The notes below the pieces were generated by a model. The model was not told the DNA's origin. It saw only the letters and a program-made list of their open reading frames with translations, and ran no database searches. Source: Balanoglossus misakiensis (taxonomy: Eukaryota; Animalia; Hemichordata). From it: a stretch of DNA of 64,000 nucleotides. Shown here one piece after another: positions 35,820-51,200 of the stretch (positions within the stretch are counted from its first letter, which is position 1; every line of letters starts with the position of its first letter). The translations under genes and the position numbers were made by a program. The DNA lies in assembly GCA_040954595.2 (NCBI GenBank), contig CM082596.2, forward strand, positions 8,941,124-9,005,123, in the 5' to 3' direction.

Positions 35820-38800
35820 ATAGGGGTACTACGCGCGTCTCGAGCCTGAATGTCAACTATTTGCAGTAGAGTACTACGCGCGTCAAAGAGACCTGCCATA
35901 TACGTTGGTAGCCAACGTATATGGTAGCCAACGTATATGGCAGGTCTGCAACAAATATGGCAGGAAGTGTATAACATGGCCGACCTGCCATTTTTGTTGC
36001 AGACCTGCCACATACGTTGCCCTGCATGGTGCCAGGTCCACTCAGGCCACGTCCAGGAATTGTATACCATGGCAGTTCAGAGAGTCTCCGAACAACATAT
36101 ATGGTAGGTCCCAGAGCCGCCTGACTCCCAAACACGGACTGCACAGAGAACGGTCGTAAATTGGCTCTATTAAATTGGGGGTTATCGTCACGAATTACGT
36201 GTACGGGCTACTATTTACATTGAATAAAGACTTAGAATACGTCACGGTTTGTCGTAATTAATGAGTGTATTTGAAATAAAAGGACAATTTACGTCCGTTC
36301 TCTGTGCAGTCCGTATTTCGGAGTCAGGCTCTCCGAGCTGCCATATATGTTGTTCGGAGTCAAGCTCTCCCAGCTGCCATATATGTTGTTCGGAGACTCT
36401 CTGACCTGCCATATTTGTTGCATCTATGTCGGAGACTCTCTGACCTGCTACATTTTTGTTGCCTTGATTAAATAGAGGGTTTATACTCATGAAATACCAA
36501 CATCAGTTTTTACTTAGATTTAATAATGAGTTTAAATACGTGCCACTTTGTTGAAACTAATGTTTGCATTGGATATAAACTGACAATTTTCGTCCAATCT
36601 CTTAGAAATACCTATTTCGGAGTCAGCTGCGCGGTTTTCAGACCTATCGGATATTTATTGCACTCAAACAAAGTAAGGTTTAAATTTGATTATATTACAT
36701 TGAATAATTAGTTCAAATACATTCTGCTGCAGACACGCTTTGTTGAAATTTATAAGTTTATGTGAAATCATCCGCTTATTTTTGCGTGTCTTTCTCTTTC
36801 GAGGACAATATTTCGTAGGACTTTCGCGCTCTCCGTCGTACCATTATTGCACTCAAACAAAGTTTTTGGAGTTACTATTCAAAAACATTTCAAAATCGAT
36901 TTTTCATTGCATTGAATAATATAACTTTAAATAGCACAGGATTAAATTCCCCGAAATCAACATTTGTACGTGAGTTAATTGTACCCATCTTTTGCGTCTG
37001 TTCTGTCCTTTCAGTCCGTTTAGAAGTCCGGCTTTCAAGTTCAACCTGGCATGTTTATTGCAAGTAAACAAACGTGGTATTTCATCTTTGTATAACTAGA
37101 TCCCCATCACAAATGAATATTTCGCTGTGAAATTATCTTTGAATACATCATTTTCCATCAAAACTGTGAAAATATCATTGTCGTATTGCTGTTCGATGCA
37201 ATGTAGAGTCGAACTCTTTTCCAGAAAGTTAGAGTTAACTCTTATATATTTACCTTCGATTACATATAGTATCTCAATACGCATTCTTCCAGTCTGGACA
37301 AATCTTACTCCTCAGAACGGATTTGTTCATGCGTTGCTTTACAATTACAATGTATATAGTGTCGCCAACTTTGCGTACTTTACGTTATCGTTCATACGTT
37401 TATATTATTTGGTTTTATAACAAGCAAAAGTCTGGGAAATATTAATTTTCTGTGTCAAATGAATGCATACAACCAAGTTTTTTTGGCGTTTAATATTAGT
37501 CTGGTTTCAAATATAATAGAAGTATAAATCAGATTATGACCTACGTACTTCAGCACCTCCTTAATTTTGTAGAGTATAGATAATATTCCAGTTGCATTAC
37601 AGGTGAATTTCCCCACAATGCCGTGTGAGGGCGAAACAAGCTATAACAGTCCCTCGGGCCTTACGGCACTCGCACCACGAAACGCCGAATCTATTAAATC
37701 AGATTATGACCTACGTACTTCTGCACCTCCTTAATTTTGTAGAGTATAGATAATATTCGTGTAATAAACGTTACCATGGACTTTTTAAAGCGAATTCATT
37801 TTCGAGGTTAACGTTCCCGATCTAGGAGGAAAGAAACTTTTTGTGGAAAGTTTTTTTTTGCGTTTCCCTAGTTGAACTGTTCCGTTTTGTGTATATCATG
37901 TTTTAAATAAGGAAATGTAGCATGTAGCAGGTCAGAGAGTCTCCGACATAGATGCAACAAATATGGCAGGTCAGAGAGTCTCCGACCAACATATATGGCA
38001 GGTCGGAAAGCCTGACTCTGAAATACGGACAGCACAGAGAAGACGCAAATATTTGATCTGTATTTCAAATGCACACATTAATTTCGACGTATTTTAACTT
38101 GTTACTCAATATAAGTCAAAGTCTGTTCATGTATTTGATGAGTAACCGCCATTTTATTTCAGTGCAACATATGGCAGGTCGGAGAGTCTCCGAACAACAT
38201 ATATGGCAGCTCGGAGAGTCTCCGAACAACATATATGGCAGCTCGGAGAGCCTGACTCCGAAATACGGACTGCACACAGAACGGACGTAAATTGTCCTTT
38301 TATTTCAAATACACTCATTAATAACGACAAACCGTGACATATTCTAAGTCTTTATTCAATGTAAATAGTAGCCCGTACACGTAATTCGTGAGGATAACCC
38401 CCAATTTAATAGAGCCAACAAATATGGCAGGTCAGAGAGTCTCCGAACAACATATATGGCAGGTCGGAGAGCCTGACTCCGAAATACGGACTGCACTGAG
38501 AACGGACGTAAATTGTCCTTTTATTTCAAATACACTCATTAATTACGACAAACCGTGACGTATTCTAAGTCTTTATTCAATGTAAATAGTAGCCCGTACA
38601 CGTAATTCGTGAGGATAACCCCCAATTTAATAGAGCCAACATATATGGCAGCTCGGAGAGTCTCCGAACAACATATATGGCAGGTCGGAGAGTAAGTAGG
38701 GAGCCCTCCACGCCACTCTCTCGAGAGGGACTACAGTCACGTGTTACATGATTGATGCAACTCATATGGCAGGTCAACGGGTCTCCAAATAGTTGACATT

Positions 38801-39710
38801 CAGGCTCGAGACGCGCGTAGTATCCCTATCCCAGAAAGAGGGTCTGGGGAAACCCCACAGACCAATCTCCGGGCAAAGATGGCCGACTCGGGACAAAAGC
38901 GGTGCATGATGGTCAACATTTATGACATACGATATTATGATATGACGATATTAGAAAACTATTTACCAAACTTCTCTTTCTCTTTTCAATTTGTAGACAG
39001 TTTCAGCAGGTCTAGCACGTCTCAGCATGTATTTTTAATGTTCGAGTCTGCAACCATCGTGCATCGCTTTTGTTCCGAGTCGGCCATCTTTGCCCGGAGA
39101 TTTGTCTGTGGGGTTTCCCCAGACCCTCTTTCTGGAGTGCCCAACGGAAGAAGCAGGGGGGTCTGGGTAACCGAGACTAGGGTTTCCCCAGACCCTCTTT
39201 CTGGACTGCCCAACGGAAGAAGCAAGGGGGTCTGGGTAACCGAGACTAATGTAAACATGTGACAGGAGCATTCGTCTATATTTTCCAAGAAAGGCTTCTG
39301 GGCTTCCGAACACAAGATTAAAGCTCCCCTTCACCAGATTTGCTTGACTTGATGATCGGTCGAGCTAACATGTCCCGAACTAAAGCCAGTTGCATTACAG
39401 GTGAATTTCCCCACAATGCCGTGTGAGGGCGAAACAAGCTATAACAGTCCCTCGGGCCTTACGGCACTCGCACCACGAAACGCCAAATCTATTAAATCAG
39501 ATTATGACCTACGTACTTCAGCACCTCCTTAATTTTGTAGAGTATAGATAATATTCGTGTAATACGTTACCATGGACTTTTTAAAGCGACAAAAGACATT
39601 AACATTTGCATAGTAGAGTTCACGTTTCTTGTGCAAAAAATGTTCCTTACGGCCCTCGCACGAAACGCCGAATCGATACACATTAGGCGCGAGGGACTGT
39701 CGACAGTCTA
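35820..39710. mobile_element. Rearranged remnant of the hAT-like foldback element (left end lost, right end intact)
   Basis: Same internal sequence as 12170-15630; ends TGTCGACAGTCTA|GGCAAAAT. Confidence 0.8.
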
Positions 39711-39828
39711 GGCAAAATCGAAACAAGCAATTGTCCCGGGTTCGATTCCCGGCCAACGCATGTATTTTTTTGCAGTAAACATGTACGTTGGGCAAGAATT
39801 GGCGTGCAGACGGCATCTCTCCCAACAG

Positions 39829-39900
39829 GCGTTGGTGGTGTAGTGGTTAACATAGTTGCCTTCCAAGCAATTGTCCCGGGTTCGATTCCCGGCCAATGCA
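39829..39900 (+). tRNA. tRNA-Gly(TCC), variant with a G-U pair in the acceptor stem
   Basis: Same as 23663-23734 except 3' end CCAATGCA. Confidence 0.8.
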
Positions 39901-40584
39901 TGTATTTTTTTGCAGTAAACAAGTATGTTGGGCAAGAATTGGCGTGCAGACGACATCTCTCCCAACAGGCGTTGGTGGTGTAGTGGTTAACAAGCAATTG
40001 TCCCGGGTTCGATTCCCGGCCAACGCAGATTTTTTTGCAGTTGGATATTTCTTATCAGATAATATTCACTCACTCACTCACTCAATTCACTCACTCACTC
40101 ACTGAAGTCTGAAACACCATGTATGGCTTGTTCTCTCGTTCATATAATTTTGAAATGGTCCACTTTTGAAAAACACATTTCACATTCTCTGCACAAATCC
40201 CCACGTTTCACTTAAAAAACGGACACGACAACACCGAGAGCAGTATCAGAAAGTATTTCGCAACGTTATGACTACGCATACTTGCTGAAAAAAATGAACC
40301 CGTTGTACGTGTCGCGATTTGCAAACAGTCCACACGTTAACGTTTCCATCAGCACACTTTCTCATCAATTGCAAGTCCAAGTAAAATTGACAGACACCTG
40401 GAACACAGTGCGTGAATTGATATTTTAATTAAAGACGAAAAGAAAAGTGACAGCAAACATCAAGTAGACCGTCTCAAAAAACATCAGTTGCTGTTCAAGA
40501 TTAGGTACTTGTTTGACGGACAGAAACTAAACCGCAAAATGGAAGCAGTTGTGCTAACTCTATGGCATTGAATGCTGCGCATGC

Positions 40585-43500
40585 CTACTGGCAAGCATAG
40601 ATTTCCACTCTCATGGAGATATGACCATACCAGGTAACTGGATAAAACCGAACAGACTCTGCTGTGAAAGCCTTGTCTCCCAATTCATGGTAGACTATTG
40701 TGTTCCGGTCAGAATTCGCAATGAAAATCTGAAACGTAAAACATGATAGTGTTTTCAGTTGATATAGGAAAGCTGGCCTTTCTGTAGGTTTACGCTACAC
40801 ACTGATGTAAGCGGCGATAGCCACCCCTTAGGCTGCATTCACAAACACCTCTGGAAGGGGGGGGGGGTGGGAGAATTGAGGGGGGGGGATTTGAAAAAAT
40901 TGAGGGTATGTAAGGGGGGATTTGAAATAATTTAGGGACGGAAAGGCGGGGGACTTGAAAACTTTGACGACTAAATATTTATTTTGAGTCCACAAAAATG
41001 CAGTTTCGCGCCCTTTATTTTACAAAATGTTCTCCATTCATCAACACCCTTCAATCATTGACTGGTTTATCTAGTGTCCCAGGTCGGGGGACTTGCCTCC
41101 ACCCCATGATAACTTTGAGCGGTGACGGTTAAATTTGTCCTCCCCAACATACCGGTAGTTGAGTTAATTTGCTTTTGCAGGGTTCATTAAAATGCAGCTT
41201 TGAGCTCTGTATTTTATAAAATTTTCTTACCCACCCCCTTCGATTCTCGGTTTACAATGTCTCCCAACACAAATACAAATACTTAAAAAGTAAAAACAAT
41301 GTTCAGTTTTAATACCCACTGATGAGGGGAAACATCAGTTCCAAATTCTTTTCATGGGAGCGCTGTTTTTTCTTTTTTACAAGATAGATAGGTGATGTGT
41401 TTTGCTCTGTGAAAGAAAATGGGGGGGGGATTTCAAAATTTTGGCAGCTCGGAAGGGGGGATTTGAAAATATTTCGGGTTGTGTAGGGGGGCATGTGAAA
41501 ATTAGCGGTAAAAAAATTGAATTCTCCCGCCCCCCCACTCCAGTTTTGTGAATGCAGCCTTATATTTATTGTGCCCAAAATTACTACCAATAATATATCC
41601 CAGAAATGTGTTTCCTTATTCTTTTCAGTCGTGTGTATGGTGTACACTGTGCGCATCTTTAATATATTATATGTATGAACATTGTCAGGTTCTTCGAATC
41701 GGACATTGTGAAGTTCATACCTTTTCAGAGCCATCGTCCCGAGTCACATATGTCCATTGTCCGTGTTCCTTGTGGTAGCCGAGTTTGAATGATGTCACCC
41801 ACTGAGAATAATCACTTCGCCCCTAAATTTAACAAGAAGCTCACCATAAAATATGCAACATTCGGTTGAAACCCTTGATACGAGATACTATCTCGTTATA
41901 ACGAGATACTATCTCGTTATAACGAGATAGTTTTTTTCTTGCTTCACAAAATGGCGTTAACGGGCTTTCTTACTTTACTATTCATTAAATTAGGGTGTGT
42001 TTTTTACCAACGATGTAATGTGTTATTCATTATTCAATATTGTAAATATTTCAAAATGCGTTGTGTACTTACTTGTGTGGCGACCTTGGTGACCTTCCTA
42101 TCACCACCAAGGTCAACTTGCAACCACTGTGCGGCGTTGTTATGCAATGCACACCACGAATGGGCATATCCAGAAGGGCCATGGTAGTTAAGCCTTCCTT
42201 GATGAGACATGCACCGACTATCATAATTAGAGCTCGCCGTCATCTGCGAATTTGGAATAACTCGATTCTCTACACCGACAGGCTTGGAGTTACACGGCCC
42301 TGAAATCGGTGATACATTTTAGTAACAAGGGACGGACGTTACAGTCGACTGATTTTGGGGTATTTTTGTCAATATTTCCCGATGCATCAACACCTGCAGT
42401 TTCGTATTTTATGTTGGATGGCTTTATGAAAATTTATATTTTTAGCTTCCAACAAAGCCTGCACATGAGTAAAGGCCAGTGTCATGTTGACAAATACTTA
42501 ATGTCCGGACTTGGAGTCAATTTTCAACAATAACAATTCTGATTAATACAAAATGTCTAAAACATTGTCTTCTACAACTAATTGTTTGTAATATTACCCT
42601 ATATGTAAACATTTCCAGCCGATACATTGCAGCAGAATAATTCAGAAAATGATTTTTACTTGGGTGACAAGTGTAACCAACGGCCAAAATGTAGTTATTC
42701 GCACCTGATTTTTGGCAGATGAAACCCCGTTTCTCTGCACAGTCACTTGTTTTCCAGTAACCGTCATTAGCTCCCGATATGACAGCACAGTCCAAACTTC
42801 CGGGGCGCTGTGGTTCTGATGTGGCCCAGTTTCTGTATGACAGCTGTTGAATGAAAAAAATCACGTAATTCACCTGTATTCTTCAATTGAAAGCAGTATG
42901 ATAGGACTACAGAGGCACGACATTAGTGTGTTATACCTCTTTTTGGTTTCTTCACGTTGCCATAAAAATATGGGCATCTATTCGTCGAATTCGATATTAA
43001 TTGGCTTTTCAAGTATACTTTCAACAATGTTTTCCCATTCTCACACTCCTGGCATGCTGAGAGTGTGGGATCAGATTGGGAGAATATATTATTCCGCACA
43101 CTGTTATCAAGTGTGGTTCTCATGCAAACTGTAATTAGATATCCTTTCAAGTACACCATCATGCACGAAGAAGGCGTAATTACAGAGCAAATCATCGATC
43201 GAACACACAAACAATCTTGTTGATCAATAATACTGGAACTAGATTCGCATGCGATATTATCAATAGACAAAGAAATGCATAACACCAACCTCAGTGCCAT
43301 CTTCCCATCTCCAGTCAGCTTCGTTCTCGATGTCACTTAAACCAATCCACAAGTTTTGTTTACCAGATATCATTGTATAACCTAATTATGTTTTAATATA
43401 AAAAATAACGTCATGGGTCTATGCCATATAAACAAAACAACAACACGGAAAATCGCTCATTTGGTCTTGAAGTCGAGTTTTGATGTTGACTCATATGCAA

Positions 43501-46033
43501 ATGTACGCTACCTGGCTTGGGGTATGAATTGTCACACTGGTTGAAATAAAAGGCGTTTGAGATGACAAAATCCATATCTGCAGCCACGTATATAAATATT
43601 AGAAAGAGTCAAACTGCATTTGAATTTAGAATTTGATACAACTGTTGGGAGAAATGATTTTCTAAACATATTTTTCTCGGGTTTCTGAAATGAACTCTAC
43701 AGCGGGTGTTCAGGATTTTGAAATATATTACGGGCCTTTCTTTCAGTTTTGGATATTCTTGCTTGAACTCTGCACCAGCGACGCAAAAAAACACTATTTT
43801 TTCAAGTTTTTAGCCACGAAAAGAGTTCATTTACTATTAGGAGATCCCACACGTGTGGCCTTATTATGTTTTTGTTACAGGGGCTCCACATTCTACAAAT
43901 GGTTGATGTATGATAGCCTACTTGCCTTTCAGAAACAGGTTTTTATGGGAGTCGTCGATAGTGACAAGCTCCCCACCTTTGCCTCTACAAATCGACTTGG
44001 CCTCGTCGTACGTGTACACTTTCTCGAGGTATGCATAGTAGCAGGTGTCCGCGAAGTTGTCCCATTGTGGTTCACAGCCTGGTGGAGAAATTGAAGGTAC
44101 ATTAAACGGACAAATTCTCTCTCTCGTTGCCCTTTTTCCATTAATTATGTTTGATACAAGACACCGTTTATGTTAATGTACATGTGTATGTAGTGAATGA
44201 ACGTTCGACCACACACAACTTATAATAATAATATTTATTTCTTACACGCACTACACATACGTCTCAGTGCGAGTTACAAAAGACGGTGATAAAAGAATCA
44301 TAAAAGCAGTAGAAAAATTAAAAAGTCTCAGTTAAAATTCCCAATTAAAAGTCCGTCTAAAAACCATACAGAAGATGATCCTAAAAAATTCGATCACAAA
44401 TATGATTGAAAAGATGAGTTTTTAAACGGCGTTTAAAACAGTCAACAGATCTGGCGTTGCGAATCACAGGCGGCAGTGAATTCCACAGAGCAGGTGCACA
44501 AACAGAGAATGCTCTCTGCCCATATGCCTTATTAAAGTTTCCACGAGGTGGCACCAACCGCAAAGAGTCAGCTGATCTGAGATCTCTGACAGGGGTGTAA
44601 ATTTCAAGCAAATTGATTAAATAAAGTGGTGCAAAGCGATGAATGATTTTATAGGTAGTTAACAAAATTTTGAATTTGATGCGAGCATCAACCGGCAGCC
44701 AGTGCAGATCAATGAGAACAGGTGTGATGTGATCGAACTTCCGAGTCCGGGAGACGAGACGAGCCGCAGCATTTTGAAGCGATTGTAGGTGATCCAGCTG
44801 AGCCTTATTAATACCATACAGGAGACTATTACAACAATTAAGCTGAGACGTAATGAATGCATGGACCATCTTTTCCGTTGTATGTTTGTCCAATAATGGG
44901 CGGATCTTGCCAATTCTAGATAGTGCGTAGAAACCTTTCCTGCAGACATGACTAATATGATCAGAAGCGGAACCGTCGTTGTTGAGCTTAACACCAAGAT
45001 TGCGAACTGAAGTTGACGGGGCTATATCAAACTCGCCTATCCTAAGGCTGGAAATTTTCACCGCATCTGATCTCAGACGTGACGAAAACTGAATCACATC
45101 TGTCTTATTGTCATTAAGAATCAACATATCAACTTCCATCCCAACTTCCATCCCACTTGTAAGATATGAGAGTAAAAACTTACCCAAAATGAATCAATGG
45201 TAGAGACCGATTATTCAATTTGGCGAGTTTTTTCACTCTCGTGTCTACAAGTGGGATGGAAGGTGTGTGTGGTTGAACGTTGATTCACTGATTATCCACA
45301 TGTAAATTAATATAAACAGAGTCTTGTACCAAACATAGTTAATGAAAAAAGGCAGCAGGGGAGAGACTTTGTCCCTTTAAGTCTACCAAGCAGGTCGTTA
45401 TTACGTCGTTGCTTAAACACCATTCGACTGCTTCGTTGTGTGTGGGTGGTGTGAACTACATTACCTAAACAAAACCACCATTTCAGCCGCTCTGCTGTTG
45501 TACAGGTAAAGGGCAATAGCCGAGGATAAAACTACTGCAGGTATTGCCCCATTAACTAAGACATATAGAAAGACATGCATACAGATAGAGACAAGCACGT
45601 GCATACGTATAGTCACCACAATCAATGCAAGTTGTACCAACACTAGTCATCCAATAAATAGAATTAAGCAAAAAAAATGAATAAAAGAAACTAATTCTCT
45701 GTGTATAGTAATATTCACAAAAACCTGGAACTCTTAGTCACATAGGACTATGTGGTGATGAAAAAAAAAATCAAAAATCAAATTTAGCATACAAAAAAAG
45801 TTATTAAACTTCAAGAGAGTATTTTGTTGTTGGCCGAGCACTGATGAATCAAGAATATTAAAAAAAAATAAAGAACAGCTGCAGATGTTAACGTGAAATA
45901 ATGGGCAATTAGAATAAGCAACATCAAAATTAATGAGTAGGTGTATTGTCCTATTCGAACATGTTACAGTACCTTTCGCGGATGGCAATGCCTCCGTGAC
46001 CAACAAACCCAGTAGAGCCAGATACAATTTCAT
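40585..46033 (-). CDS. CTLD + FA58C protein, copy 3 (apparently intact; one GC-AG intron)
   Basis: All seven exons open; donor AAG|GCAAGT after the first CTLD exon; discoidin loop variant YDSRC. Confidence 0.85.
40831..41559. mobile_element. PIF/Harbinger (Tourist-like) MITE in the last intron of copy 3
   Basis: TIR GGCTGCATTCACAAA...TTTGTGAATGCAGCC, 3-bp TSD TTA; empty site CCACCCC-TTA-TATTT in the other copies. Confidence 0.88.
44221..45130 (-). mobile_element. 5'-truncated L2-like LINE, same insertion as 8067-8977
   Basis: Near-identical sequence and identical insertion point inside the Kolobok-like MITE. Confidence 0.88.
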
Positions 46034-47358
46034 TTTCGTCAATTTCTGGTGTCTGGCAGCGGTTACCATATGATGAAATTCCAGCAGCCTTCAAAGAGAA
46101 TAGAATAGCTTTGTATCAAAATGACTTATACGTACATTTTATCACTGGGACTTGGCTTTTAGTTCACGCATATTGTGAATTGGGAAAGACTTCAATGATT
46201 ATAAGCCACAAGACATCTTAACTGCGTCTTCGAAAAGATATTCAACGTCAAGTACAACAGTCTGGCATGCTTATATCCTGGCTAAACCTTCCATTCTTTG
46301 TCTGAAAATGTTCGTACCATCATCAAGATCCAAGCTTCAAGCAGATAAACGATATGTTAGGCCCAAATCAATATTTAACTAAGCCGCAACTTTTATCCGC
46401 TATACAGTAAAACCACGCAATCTTCGAATTGGTTGCAAGAAAAAAAACGCCGGTACCAACTAACGCATACTAAACCCTAGACTTGCTCCAAGTCTTATAT
46501 GGGCTTCGTTATGTGTAGGGAACGCGTACGCCCATAATTTAAAAACCGCCAAGCGACTAGTGGGCTAGTCTAACTAAACCCGTAAATGTACAGTAAATCC
46601 GAAGTAATTCTGAATTTGTACATGGAAAACAGTCGACATACCTGATTGACAGGAAAAAAGAAGTCTCTGTGCTGTTCGGCGCTCCAGGTCTAAATGAAAA
46701 TTACTCTCGGCCTTAGGGCTTATTATAAGCAGTTAACATCGCTTATAATTCTATTGATAAACTTGACATGTTGAAAGAAGCTACCCGCACTTTTTAAATG
46801 CCACTAGTGTCCTTAAATGTCATCGGGTATAAAAATGAATGTTTTTGCCGACCTGTCATTTGGTTAATGGAGTTTGCGGAGGCGGCGTGCAAAACAAGCG
46901 GGTTCAGAAATTGTAGATTTCTGACAATTAGCAGATCATTACAACCCCTCCCCCCGAATAAATCTGAATGCCCATTGTGCAGGGGTGAACATGGCGGCGA
47001 TCTCTTGGAAAACTAGTCATGGGGGGGGGGGTAGCTGGATGGAACAGTTAACATATATTGACCGTTTTAGAGATAACCACACATAGTGGAAAGAAATAGA
47101 GGTAAAGGTGATCTGGCGTGAAATAATAAAAAATGTGTTTAAAAAATCAAATAACAACTAATAAAAAATTAAGCTAAGTGCCATCTGATCCCTGTTATAC
47201 AAAACAGATTTCTAGTTGAAACTTATATGCTGACAGCTTTTGTAACAACTTAACCTTCAAAACCCGCTCAGTTTGTTATACTGTTGAATGTGTACTGTCG
47301 AAGATGTTCGACTATGGTGAAATCTCGATCATAGCGTCATGGAGTCGATAGGAAGGTC

Positions 47359-47405
<47 letters not shown>

Positions 47406-48210
47406 GCGCACGCACACACACACACACAAACAAACAAACAAGCGTGCAAATACGTTCAGAACATTTTTTACGCAATCAGAATGGACAAAGTAATCGACTT
47501 GTATTGTACAGTTATAGAACCCAGACCTACTGCCCCATTTCATGTGGCAAGCAAGTCACATCCAAAATCCACACTCAACTAAAACGAAAAAAATGCATTT
47601 TGTTTTGTAAATTGGCATATTAGATGTAAAGGTTTGAAAGGCATAGCCATACACCCACTGGAAATCATCAATCATCACTTGAATGTGGCATTTGTGATAT
47701 TATTTCTGCGCCTTGCAAAACATTGAACACCAGTAAACATCAAACACCATTTCCGTCTGACCTTTGTGATATTTGTCTTGTGCCTTGCAAAACATTAAAT
47801 AGAACCAGCAGGATTATCGCTTTTCAATACAAAAGTAAACGATTCTCTTATATTTAGAAGTTAGAGAATAAATCAAACATAGAATGTTGACATGGTATCA
47901 CTCTGATGTGTGTATTTTGTCGCCTCACCACTTGCATGTAAAACAACACAACATATTTGACTGTATGACTGACAGAAGGGATACATTTTGTTAATACTTT
48001 TCGAGTATATTCCATATTGATATACATGTACATGTATAGCTTTTCGGCGATAAGATTAGAGAGAAGAGATTCTCCAAAATGCATATGAGATCGTATTACG
48101 GTTAAATCCCGGTGAGGCCCGAAAATCATCCTTTTAGCCTGCACGATATATGTTTGTTATGACACCACAAAGTATTTATTTCTTCATTATATTGGGACAC
48201 ATGGCAAAAT

Positions 48211-51200
48211 CGTTTCGTGGTGCGAGGGCCGTAAGGCCTGAGGGACTGTTATAGCTTGTTTCGCCCTCACAAGGCATTGTGGGGAAATTCACCTGTAACG
48301 CAACTGGCTTTAGTTCGGGACATGAAAACATTAGTCTCGGTTACCCAGACCCCCCTGCTTCTTCCGTTGGGCACTCCAGAAAGAGATAGGGGTACTGCGC
48401 GCGTCTCGAGCCTGAATGTCAACTATTTGGAGACTCGTTGACCTGCCATATGAGTTGCATCAATCATGTAACATGTGACTGTAGTCCCTCTCGAAATAGT
48501 GGCGTGGAGGGCTCCCTACTTACTCTCCGACCTGCCATATATGTTGTTCGGAGACTCTCTGACCTGCCATATTTGTTGGCTCTATTAAATTGGGGTTATC
48601 GTCACGTAATACGTGTACGGGCTACTATTTACATTGAATAAAGACTTAGAATACGTCACGGTTTGTCGTAATTAATGAGTGTATTTGAAATAAAAGGACA
48701 ATTTACGTCCGTTCTCAGTGCAGTCCGTATTTCGGAGTCAGGCTCTCCGACCTGCCATATGTGTTGTTCGGAGACTCTCTGACCTGTCATATTTGTTGGC
48801 TCTATTAAATTAGGTGTTATCCTCACGAAATACGTGAACGGGCAACTACTTACATTAAATAATGACTTAGAATACGTCACGATTTGTCGTAATTAATGTA
48901 TGTTTTTGAAATAAAAGGACAATTTACGTCCGTTCTCTGTGCAGTCCGTATTTCGGAGTCAGGCTCTCCGACCTGCCATATGTGTTGTTCGGAGACTCTC
49001 TGACCTGTCATATTTGTTGGCTCTATTAAATTAGGTGTTATCCTCACGAAATACGTGAACGGGCAACTACTTACATTAAATAATGACTTAGAATACGTCA
49101 CGATTTGTCGTAATTAATGTATGTTTTTGAAATAAAAGGACAATTTACGTCCGTTCTCTGTGCAGTCTGTATTTCAGAGTCAGGACGTGACTTGCCATAC
49201 ATGTTGCAGTGAAATAAAATGGTGGTTACTCATCTAATACCTGAACGGACTTTTACTTATATTGAATAACAAGTTAAAATACGTCGAAATTAAGGTGTGC
49301 ATTTGAAATACAGATAAAATATTTGCGTCTTCTCTGTGCAGTCCGAGTTTCGGACTCAGGCTCTCCGATCGCGACCTGCCATACTTGTTGGTCGGAGACT
49401 CTCTGACCTGCCATATTTGTTGCATCTATGTCGGAGACTATCTGACCTGCTATATTTTTGTTGCCTTGATTAAATAGAGGGTTTATACTCATGAAATACC
49501 AACATCAGTTTTTACTTAGATTTAATAATGAGTTTAAATACGTGCCACTTTGTTGAAACTAATGTTTGCATTTGATATATACTGACAATTTTCGTCCAAT
49601 CTCTTAGAAATACCTATTTCGGAGTCAGCTGCGCGGTTTTCAGACCTATCGGATATTTATTGCACTCAAACAAAGTAAGGTTTAAATTTGATTATATTAC
49701 ATTGAATAATTAGTTCAAATACATTCTGCTGCAGACACGCTTTGTTGAAATTTATAAGTTTATGTGAAATCATCCGCTTATTTTTGCGTGTCTTTCTCTT
49801 TCGAGGACAATATTTCGTAGGACTTTCGCGCTCTCCGTCGTACCATTATTGCACTCAAACAAAGTTTTTGGAGTTACTATTCAAAAACATTTCAAAATCG
49901 ATTTTTCATTGCATTGAATAATATAACTTTAAATAGCACAGGATTAAATTCCCCGAAATCAACTTTTGTACGTGAGTTAATTGTACCCATCTTTTGCGTC
50001 TGTTCTGTCCTTTCAGTCTGTTTTCAAGTTCAACCTGGCATGTTTATTGCAAGTAAACAAACGTGGTATTTCATCTTCGTATAACTAGATCCCCATCACA
50101 AATGAATATTTCGCTGTGAAATTATCTTTGAATACATCATTTTCCATCAAAACTGTGAAAATATCATTGTCGTATTGCTGTTCGATGCAATGTAGAGTCG
50201 AACTCTTCTCCAGAAAGTTAGAGTTAACTCTTATATATTTACCTTCGATTACATATAGTATCTCAATACGCATTCTTCCAGTCTGGACAAATCTTACTCC
50301 TCAGAACGGATTTGTTCATGCGTTGCTTTACAATTACAATGTATATAGTGTCGCCAACTTTGCGTACTTTACGTTATCGTTCATACGTTTATATTATTTG
50401 GTTTTATATCAAGCAAAAGTCTGGGAAATATTAATTTTTTTGTGTCAAATGAATGCATACAACCAAGGTGGCGTTTAATATTAGTCTGGTTTCAAATATA
50501 ATAGAAGTATAAATCAGATTATGACCTACGTACTTCAGCACCTCCTTAATTTTGTAGAGTATAGATAATATTCGTGTAATAAACGTTACCATGGACTTTT
50601 TAAAGCGAATTCATTTTCGAGGTTAACGTTCCCGATCTAGGAGGAAGGAAACTTTTTGTGGAAAGTTTTTTTTGCGTTTCCCTAGTAGAACTGTTCTATT
50701 TTGTGTATATCATGTTTTAAATAAGGAAATGTAATACACGTATACGTTTTATTTCAGTGCAACATATATGGCAGGCCGGAGAGCCTGACTCCGAAATACG
50801 GACTGCACAGAGAAGACGCACATATTTGATCTGTATTTCAAATGCACACATTAATTTCGACGTATTTTAACTTGTTACTCAATATAAGTCAAAGTCCGTT
50901 CATGTATTTGATGAGTAAACCACCATTTTATTTCAGTGCAACAAATATGGCAGGTCAGAGAGTCTCCGAACAACATATATGGCAGCTCGGAGAGCCAGCT
51001 GACTCCGAAATACGGACTGCACAGAGAACGGACGTAAATTGTCCTTTTATTTCAAATACACACATTAATTACGACAGACCGTGACGTATCCTCATTCTTT
51101 ATTCAATGTAAATAGTAGCCCGTTCACGTATTTCATGAGTATAACACCCAATTTCATAGAAACAACAAATATGGCAGGTCAGAGAGTCTCCGACATATAT